A stretch of DNA of 32,000 bases from an archaeon GW2011_AR10. Its GTDB lineage: Archaea > Iainarchaeota > Iainarchaeia > Iainarchaeales > GW2011-AR10. Below are positions 17,061 to 24,752 of this stretch, one piece after another (the first letter of the stretch is position 1; every line of letters begins with the position of its first letter). Position numbers and translations under genes: made by a program. Below the pieces are notes generated by a model, which saw only the letters and a list, made by a program, of their open reading frames with translations, did no database searches and had not been told where the DNA came from. The DNA lies in assembly GCA_000830275.1 (NCBI GenBank), contig CP010424.1, positions 360,001-392,000 on the forward strand, given 5' to 3'.

Positions 17061-17171
17061 GAACAAAAAAATTGCATTTTGCAGCTAGCAAACAGCTTTA
17101 ATTTTTGAGCATTAATTTGGTGTTTGCTATATAACAAGAATTTTAAGATGAAATCATTTATAAATAATCTT

Positions 17172-17594
17172 ATGCGCAAAGTAATGGCTTTCGGTACCTT
17201 TGATTTGCTGCACCCAGGGCACCTGCACTACTTAAACCAAGCCAAAAAGCTCGGAAACCGATTAATTGTAGTTGTTACAACTGACAAAAACGCTGAAAAA
17301 GTGAAGGGAAAACCGCCAATCAATGCCCAGCAGCACCGCTTGGAACTGGTTAATTCGTTAAAGCCGGTTGATGAAGCTATTCTAGGGGAAGAAAACGATT
17401 TTTTCATGGTGGTTGAAGAAAAAAAGCCTGACATAATTGCTTTAGGCTACGACCAAGCTGAACAGCACGAATGGGTCGAAAAAGAGCTCAAAAAGCGCGG
17501 ATTGAAAGTGAAAGTTGTGCGACTTGAGCCATTGGAAGAAGGAAAACACAAGGTCTCAAAAATAAAGGAAAAAATTGCGAAAGAGTTTACCTAA
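17172..17594 (+). CDS. ribL: FAD synthase, cytidylyltransferase-like (RibL type)
   Basis: MRKVMAFGTFDLLHPGHLHYLNQAKKLG..LIVVVTTD is the nucleotidyltransferase (T/H)xGH motif in a ~140-aa protein, as in archaeal RibL. The start is uncertain: ATGs occur at 17148, 17172 and 17184, and the listed TTG at 17124 is unlikely. Confidence 0.75.
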   Translation: MRKVMAFGTFDLLHPGHLHYLNQAKKLGNRLIVVVTTDKNAEKVKGKPPINAQQHRLELVNSLKPVDEAILGEENDFFMVVEEKKPDIIALGYDQAEQHEWVEKELKKRGLKVKVVRLEPLEEGKHKVSKIKEKIAKEFT

Positions 17595-17633
17595 TGGCAC
17601 ATTTATAATAACTTTTTCAGGGATAAGCTCTCT

Positions 17634-18512
17634 TTAAGGCAAAAGCTTGATTTCTTTTGTGCGATTGAAAATGTGCTTCATTATGATTTCTGCAAATTTT
17701 TTGCCGAAAAACTTTGGCATGAGACCGGGAGAAAAGTTTATTTCAAGTATCAGCCACCCTTTACTTGATTTGATGAAGTCAACCGAGCTTATGTCCATTC
17801 CCATAATCTTTGCCGCTTTAAGCGCGATTTCCTTTATTTCATCCGGAATCCTGATTAGAATTGCCCTTGCCCCCCTTGAAACGTTTGCACGCCACTCGCC
17901 TTTTTTGGCAATCCTCTTCACAGGGTAAACGTTGTCGCCAATTACATAGCATCGAATGTCATCGCCTTTGTCAATGAATTCCTGCGTTGCAACAAACTCT
18001 TTGAAAACCTGCATTGTGTCAAGCAAAGGCACTAAATCTTGTTCTTCTTGCACAAGCATCACTCCCCTGCCGCCGAAACCTGAAAGAAGCTTTACAACAA
18101 GCGGGTAACCGACTGTTCTAGAAATTTTTGTTGTAGGCTGCGGTGAAACGCTGAGAGAAGTGGTTGGAACAGGCAGCTTTGACTTGCACAGCGTCTGCAC
18201 AGTGTAATACTTGTGGTTAACTATCTGGAATGCTTCGCTGCTTGTAGGCAAGTAAACCCCTGAGCTCTCCAAAATGTCGAGCACGCATTCGCCGAAAAGA
18301 AAGTCTTCGCTGAAGAGCCTTGCATAGCAGGCATCAAATTTTGTGAGGTCAGTGTTCTTGAAGAACAACTTGTTTTCCCCGCCAACGCACTCAACCCTTA
18401 TGCCATCCAATGGAATGGATAATACAGTTGAAAAGTATTTTTTTGCCTCAGAGATAAGGTGCTTGCTTACTTCTTTTCTGGCCTTGCTGCCTGAAATCAG
18501 CAGGAACTTCAC
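17634..18512 (-). CDS. RimK/LysX-family ATP-grasp ligase (catalytic motifs intact)
   Basis: GYPLVVKLLSGFGGRGVMLV (Lys plus Gly-rich loop), QEFI..DIRCYV, EWRANVSRGA, and SSVDF...LILEINFSPG (Mg-binding D/E/N). There is a 4-nt overlap with the upstream paralogue. Confidence 0.8.
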   Translation of the reverse strand: MKFLLISGSKARKEVSKHLISEAKKYFSTVLSIPLDGIRVECVGGENKLFFKNTDLTKFDACYARLFSEDFLFGECVLDILESSGVYLPTSSEAFQIVNHKYYTVQTLCKSKLPVPTTSLSVSPQPTTKISRTVGYPLVVKLLSGFGGRGVMLVQEEQDLVPLLDTMQVFKEFVATQEFIDKGDDIRCYVIGDNVYPVKRIAKKGEWRANVSRGARAILIRIPDEIKEIALKAAKIMGMDISSVDFIKSSKGWLILEINFSPGLMPKFFGKKFAEIIMKHIFNRTKEIKLLP

Positions 18513-19357
18513 TTGAGCACCTCAAAGTAATGCTCTGCAACGCTGTCATTGAGGTCTTTTCCCATAGCAGTCCCGAACCTGTCAAAGTTTACCTCAGGTG
18601 AAACGCTTAAAACCGTGTCCCCGATTAATTTGACTGTTGCAATGTCAGCCCCAACTGTTTTAGCTGCCTTAATCGCAGTCTCAGTGCTTTTGCTGCTTAA
18701 GCTCACAGGCGTTAGCTTTGAGTGGTGCTCTGCCTTTTCGCGGTCCCACTTCCTTCTAACGCCAAAAACGTTTTTCCCTATGACAACACAGTAGTCTAAA
18801 TCACCTTGAAGGTATTCCTGAACCATAATGGCATCAACTTTTGAGCGGAAGCTCTTGGCAAAAGACTCAAAGCTCCGCTGGTCTTCAATTACTATGCTCT
18901 GCGCTTTTGCTGCCCCAACAAAAGTCTTGAACATAACCGGAAAATTAAAAGACTTAACAGCCTGCTCTAAAAGATTCGCGTTAGCAACAATAAATGTTTT
19001 CTGTGTCTTGATGTTTCTGGAATTAAGGACAACGTTCATGAACGGCTTGTTTGAGGTAACATAATAGGATTCCGGCTTGAGCTGGCAGTAAATGCCCTTA
19101 TTGCTTAACTCGGTTAGAAATGGCTCCACAAACTGCGTGAACTGCTGCCCGACATTCAAAAACACTCCATTGTACTTGGAGAAGTTTATTGTTCCAACCA
19201 AAATTTTTGTCTGGTTCCCTTTGGTGAGAAGACTGACTCTGCCCACATAAATGAACCCAACGTGCTCAAAGCCCCTCTTTTCAAAGGACTTCTTGAGTTC
19301 AGGCAATGCTGCTCCCTTCTTATCCGAAATTATCACTACATCCACGGCAGCCACCAA
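18509..19357 (-). CDS. divergent ATP-grasp-like paralogue with eroded catalytic motifs
   Basis: It is the same length and collinear with its neighbours (FPVMFK, VQEYL, PEVNFD). It lacks the Gly-rich loop (TFVGAAKAQS), the DxR Arg (LDYCVV), the N..GG motif, and the first Mg-binding Asp (ATVKLIG). It starts at TTG or GTG, 5 nt after the upstream stop. Confidence 0.6.
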   Translation of the reverse strand: MVAAVDVVIISDKKGAALPELKKSFEKRGFEHVGFIYVGRVSLLTKGNQTKILVGTINFSKYNGVFLNVGQQFTQFVEPFLTELSNKGIYCQLKPESYYVTSNKPFMNVVLNSRNIKTQKTFIVANANLLEQAVKSFNFPVMFKTFVGAAKAQSIVIEDQRSFESFAKSFRSKVDAIMVQEYLQGDLDYCVVIGKNVFGVRRKWDREKAEHHSKLTPVSLSSKSTETAIKAAKTVGADIATVKLIGDTVLSVSPEVNFDRFGTAMGKDLNDSVAEHYFEVLK

Positions 19358-19362
19358 AAAAG

Positions 19363-20889
19363 CTAATTTTTATTTTCAGTTTCCTTTTGCTCTGGCTTCC
19401 ACACCCTTACAGGCCTATTGGATTTGCCTAAAGCCTTGAATACGTGTTCTGAGAGAAGCTGGTTAATTGCTTCGTTCTGTCTAAGAATCTTTTTAAGGTA
19501 TCTTTCAAAAGACTTGCTGAGCTCCCTGTAAAGAGACACATCAGCGTAAACAAGCCCCTCGCTTATTCGCCAGTAAGCAGATGTTCCTTGCTTGGCGAAC
19601 ACAATATAGCCGCGCTTTTTGTCGATTTCACTCATTGCCTCTTCAAGAAGGTTATAATCAATAAGGTAAACTCCGGCCGTTGACTTGCTTGGGTCCATTA
19701 TTATGAGCTCGCTCCCTTCAACTCCAACGCACAAAACATAATGGCCTTTTGACTTTGAATGCCGGAAGAGCGCAGGCTTATGGAACCATAATAGCACAAG
19801 GGCACCTTCACTGAGCCAGCTCTTCATTTCCTCCTTGAGGTCAGATATTTCATCATATTTTACCAGCACGCCCTTCACATTAGAGTTTGTGACATTCTTT
19901 ACTGCCTCGATTAGTTTCCTTGGCCCTGTTCCTCCAGGGGTTTTTGTTTTTGCAAGCTCGCCGATTTTTTCCTGCGACACGTCGTACTCGAAGAAAGAAA
20001 GCATCATTGCAGCGGAAGCCGGCCCGCAATGCGCTGGAATCTGCGCAACAAAATTGGAGCGCAGCGCTTCAAGCCTTGTTATGTCCTGTTTTGTCCTCTT
20101 AATATAAATTTTTTGTTTTACGAGTTTTGCGTGAGGGTAAAGCAGGTTATAGCCGTTAGGCAGCCTAATGAGAACCCCCTGCGGGGTAAACCCAATAACT
20201 TCCCCGGCTTCATCCCCCAGCATTATGTGCTGCCCGGGCTTAAGAAGGTTTTTCTCAACGTAGGCGCCCATGAAGAAATTTGAGAGCGGGTCCTTGAAAA
20301 TATTGTAAATGAGTGCAACGCTTAAAAGGACGAAACCATAAATTACCGCAACAAGCAGGTTATCAATGAAGGGAACAGTTAAGCCTACAAAGCTGAAGGA
20401 AACACTGAACAATACAAGGAAAAGAAAAATTTTTACAATCGTGAAAGTGTTGTTAATGAATTCAACGGAAATTCCAACTTCATACAGGTACTCTGACAGG
20501 CCAATCCTTAAGAGCGCGCGCTTCAAGATGTCCACAATAAGGTTGATTAAAATGAAGCCCAAAAACAGGAGCAGGAGAATTATTATGATTGCAGGGATCG
20601 AGTTGAGAAGGCTCTGGATTATTATTTTGGCAGAGTTTACTTCAAGGAAATTCAAAGCAATAATAATTGAGAGCACGATTATGAAGAGCTCAAAGAGCCT
20701 GCTGATTGATTTGATTACGCGGTTTGGCTCAATGTTAAAGCGGTTGTTTAAGGCTTCTATTATTGTTGCAGCAAGCTTTGCTATTATGACTCCTGCAATG
20801 AGTGTTGCTGCTGCCAGCACTACCTGTTCAAAAGCAGGGCTTCCAACCGATATAGTGTAATCGTTCAGGTTAATTAGGCCTTCAAACAT
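19363..20889 (-). CDS. fusion of an MscS-like membrane/beta-domain with a papain-like (C39-type) Cys-His domain
   Basis: aa 1-200 contain about 5 TM helices. aa 200-262, LSNFFMG...KPGQHIMLGDEAGEVIGFTPQGVLIRLPNGYNLLYPHAKL, resemble the MscS TM3 and beta-domain. aa 283-400 carry Q283, C288 in QIPAHCGPASAAMML (codon 20026-20028), H383 in KGHYVLCVGV, and D399 in IIMDP, which is the order of a C39-like catalytic set. Confidence 0.65.
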   Translation of the reverse strand: MFEGLINLNDYTISVGSPAFEQVVLAAATLIAGVIIAKLAATIIEALNNRFNIEPNRVIKSISRLFELFIIVLSIIIALNFLEVNSAKIIIQSLLNSIPAIIIILLLLFLGFILINLIVDILKRALLRIGLSEYLYEVGISVEFINNTFTIVKIFLFLVLFSVSFSFVGLTVPFIDNLLVAVIYGFVLLSVALIYNIFKDPLSNFFMGAYVEKNLLKPGQHIMLGDEAGEVIGFTPQGVLIRLPNGYNLLYPHAKLVKQKIYIKRTKQDITRLEALRSNFVAQIPAHCGPASAAMMLSFFEYDVSQEKIGELAKTKTPGGTGPRKLIEAVKNVTNSNVKGVLVKYDEISDLKEEMKSWLSEGALVLLWFHKPALFRHSKSKGHYVLCVGVEGSELIIMDPSKSTAGVYLIDYNLLEEAMSEIDKKRGYIVFAKQGTSAYWRISEGLVYADVSLYRELSKSFERYLKKILRQNEAINQLLSEHVFKALGKSNRPVRVWKPEQKETENKN

Positions 20890-20976
20890 CTTACCTATCT
20901 AAGAAAACACATTTAACCTTTTTATACGTTACTTTATTCAATAAAGTTTCAATAAAAGGCTTCTTGGCGAGGAAAA

Positions 20977-21780
20977 ATGAAACTCCTGATTTTAAGCGTT
21001 GAAGAGCAGCCTGAAATTGAGAGGCTGAAAGAGGAAGCAAAAAAATCAGGGCATGGCGTAGAAGTTAAGAGCCCGGAAAAATCCACTGAAAGGGTTCTGC
21101 CATCGTTCACTCACGTGTTGGTTAGGGCAGTTAAAGGAGCCGGGGAAGCAGCAAAAGAAATTGCAATGAAAGCCCGTTCCCTTGGCTTAAGGGTAGTGGA
21201 TGAAAGGCTGGCAACAGGCAAGGGCTTCAACAAGGCAGCAATATACTCTATTCTCAAAAAAAATGGGTTCAGCGTACCGGAAACCATTGCGTTTGAGGAA
21301 AAAAACTTTCCAGCCATCAGAAAATTCCAGGGAAAAGAAGTGATAATAAAGGACGTTAAGGGAAAAAGAGGGCAGGACGTCTTCAAGGTGAATAAAACCG
21401 AACTAGAAGTATTTTACCAGCGGTTAGACAAATCAAAGAAGTATTTGGCGCAAGAATTTTTAAGAATAGACAAAGAACTCCGCGTGCTGGTTGTGGGCAC
21501 AAAAGTTGTCGGCGGTTTCTCTAAGCAGTCAAGCAACTGGAAAAAAAACATTGCTGCCGGAGCAACCCCGGTTAAAGAGCAACTAAGCGTTGAAATAAAA
21601 AATGCTTCAGTTAAAGCTGCTTCCATAACCAAAACAGAAATAGCCGGAATTGACCTCGCGTTGGTTGGCGGAAAAATTTTTGTGCTGGAAGTGAACAGGG
21701 CACCGGGCTTCATCGGGTTTGAGAAAGCAACAGGAAAAAACGCTGCAAAAGAAATAATACAATATGTTGCGTCAAAATAG
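20977..21780 (+). CDS. RimK-family ATP-grasp ligase (catalytic motifs intact)
   Basis: GKEVIIKDVKGKRGQDVF, AQEFL..ELRVLVVG, NWKKNIAAGA, and GIDLAL...FVLEVNRAPGFIGFEKATGKNAAKEII, a RimK-like C-terminal block. Confidence 0.78.
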   Translation: MKLLILSVEEQPEIERLKEEAKKSGHGVEVKSPEKSTERVLPSFTHVLVRAVKGAGEAAKEIAMKARSLGLRVVDERLATGKGFNKAAIYSILKKNGFSVPETIAFEEKNFPAIRKFQGKEVIIKDVKGKRGQDVFKVNKTELEVFYQRLDKSKKYLAQEFLRIDKELRVLVVGTKVVGGFSKQSSNWKKNIAAGATPVKEQLSVEIKNASVKAASITKTEIAGIDLALVGGKIFVLEVNRAPGFIGFEKATGKNAAKEIIQYVASK

Positions 21781-21791
21781 CATTACAGTGT

Positions 21792-22970
21792 TTACCCGCG
21801 AATAAGCTTCATCAGCACGCGCTTGCTCAGCCTGATTTCCTTTAAGGTTATTGATTCCTGCGCGGAATGGGGGTTGCTTCCTCCAGGCCCAAAGCCAACC
21901 GTTGGAATGCCAAGCCTTGCAATGAACCTTCCGTCAGTGGCACCTAGCTCTCCCGCAAGCTCTGCTTTCCTCCCTATAATGCTCTTAACGCATTCAGCTA
22001 TCTCTTTCACAAACCCATTGTTTTTTGGAACAAAGTAACCATTGCTTCCAGTCATTGAAATAATGCCTTTCAACCCGTGCTTTTTCAAAAGCCTTATTGC
22101 AAAACTTTTGAACCCGCTCATAACGGCCTTGATGTTTTCTTCCGGCAATGCCCGGATGTCAAAACCAATTTCAGCACTGCCAGGAATGGCATTCGTTTTA
22201 TGGCCAACCTTCAAAATAGTGATGTTGAACCTTCCCCAAATTTTCTTCTTAGGCGCAAAACTTGGAGCAGCAACAACTGAAGCTGCTTTCTCTCGCTCTT
22301 TCTCGTATTCCTTCAAGTCGTTTAGGAACGGAACCAATTTATGCACAATATTTGGGTTTCTGAAAGCATACGCTGCATGCCCTGCTGTGCCCTTGAACTC
22401 AATGAAGCCCATTACTATTCCGCTGCAGCCAATGCCAATGTGGCTTAGCTTTGAATCCATTACAAGGCAGCCATGCGCACCAAGTTTTTTTGGATGCCTT
22501 TCTGAAAGAAACTTTATCCCGTACTCAGAGCCAACCTCTTCATCGCATCCTACTACAATTTTAACGTTTTTGCCGCACTCCTTGCCGCGGAGGTCACGCA
22601 ATGCACCCAAACAGACAGCAATAGCTGCCTTGTCATCTGCTGCCCCAAGACCAGACAGTTTTGTTCCTTTCCTTAGAAGTTCGTTTGGTTTCCTTGTCCA
22701 GTCACTGCCTGCAGAAACAACATCAAAGTGAGTTACAACAAGCAAATCCTTTTTCCGCTTGTTGTCAAAGTAAATTAGCACGTTCGGCCTCTGCTTTTTG
22801 TCCTGAGCCTTGGCCGACACGATTTCAGTGCGGAACCCAAGAGCGCGGGCCTCTTTTGCGATGAAGTCGGCGCACGCAGCATAGTTGGCTTTTGTTTCAG
22901 AATCCGTGTTGAACGCAACAAGCTTCCTTAACAGGTTAACCTCATACTCCAAGCTGTCCTTTGGCGGCAT
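21792..22970 (-). CDS. M20-family metallohydrolase (ArgE/DapE/LysK/carboxypeptidase-type deacylase)
   Basis: The M20 metal-ligand motifs occur in the usual order: VVTHFDVV, GLGAADDKAAIA and GCDEEVGSEYG. It converges on the ATP-grasp gene with an 11-nt gap. Confidence 0.8.
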   Translation of the reverse strand: MPPKDSLEYEVNLLRKLVAFNTDSETKANYAACADFIAKEARALGFRTEIVSAKAQDKKQRPNVLIYFDNKRKKDLLVVTHFDVVSAGSDWTRKPNELLRKGTKLSGLGAADDKAAIAVCLGALRDLRGKECGKNVKIVVGCDEEVGSEYGIKFLSERHPKKLGAHGCLVMDSKLSHIGIGCSGIVMGFIEFKGTAGHAAYAFRNPNIVHKLVPFLNDLKEYEKEREKAASVVAAPSFAPKKKIWGRFNITILKVGHKTNAIPGSAEIGFDIRALPEENIKAVMSGFKSFAIRLLKKHGLKGIISMTGSNGYFVPKNNGFVKEIAECVKSIIGRKAELAGELGATDGRFIARLGIPTVGFGPGGSNPHSAQESITLKEIRLSKRVLMKLIRG

Positions 22971-23037
22971 AAAGTGATAATTGCATCGAAGTATTTTAAG
23001 TTAATGCCCGGCAAGGCAATCAAGCATTTTCTTTGAA

Positions 23038-23160
23038 GTTTTCGCAAACCTTTTTTTAAAAGGTTTTGGCACAGCCCCGTTTTCGCAAACCTTTTCCTAA
23101 AAGGTTTTACGAGGCCCGCAAAATCCATGATTTTGCTTGGGTTTTTTTAAAGGTTTTGAT
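23038..23160. promoter_or_regulatory. array of 3-nt-spaced palindromes and 41-bp-period direct repeats
   Basis: gttttcgcaaaccttttNNNaaaaggtttt occurs at 23038-23067 and 23079-23108, each containing aaacctttt-N3-aaaaggttt. gcaaaatc-cat-gattttgc is at 23118-23136. A partial third copy (tttaaaggtttt) is at about 23146-23157. All lie between the divergent M20 and guaB promoters. Confidence 0.6.
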
Positions 23161-23206
23161 AGCGGATTGTTTTGGGTTGTTCAAGAACTGAAGCTGTTTG
23201 CCATAG

Positions 23207-24694
<1,488 letters not shown>

Positions 24695-24752
24695 ATTGCT
24701 GCAAGGCAATCAAATTTTAAAGAATGGCTTTCTATTTATTAGTGGGGGTTTC

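Noticed and set aside
20890-20976. Possible half-sites (aaccttttt ... aaaaggctt) resembling the 23-kb palindrome motif, located in the divergent ATP-grasp promoter region.
   Set aside because: The half-sites are imperfect and about 40 nt apart rather than 3 nt apart, and such strings are expected by chance in AT-rich spacers. The evidence is too weak to call co-regulation.
22042-22731. A 229-aa plus-strand ORF opposite the M20 hydrolase, and a 164-aa ORF (20366-20860) opposite the MscS/papain-like fusion gene.
   Set aside because: Both are antisense shadows of ORFs with clear family motifs. Neither has its own promoter or SD context, and their composition is typical of reverse-frame translation.
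12922-22970. Calling the zinc ribbon, ATP-grasp and M20 genes a canonical LysW-mediated lysine/arginine biosynthesis cluster.
   Set aside because: No LysZ-type kinase, LysY-type reductase or LysJ-type aminotransferase is present in the window. The zinc-ribbon tail ends in ...VEED rather than an EDWGE-type tail. The genes are separated by unrelated housekeeping genes.
22928-23128. A 66-aa basic minus-strand ORF spanning the M20/guaB intergenic region.
   Set aside because: It is generated by the palindromic repeat array itself (repeated KPF/RKRFAK-like strings), overlaps the M20 start, and has no initiation context. I interpret the region as regulatory DNA.
23038-23160. Possibility that the 41-bp-period repeats are a mini CRISPR array.
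   Set aside because: There are only two full copies plus a fragment. The so-called spacers are about 11 nt, the repeats are AT-rich operator-like palindromes, and no cas genes are present in the window.
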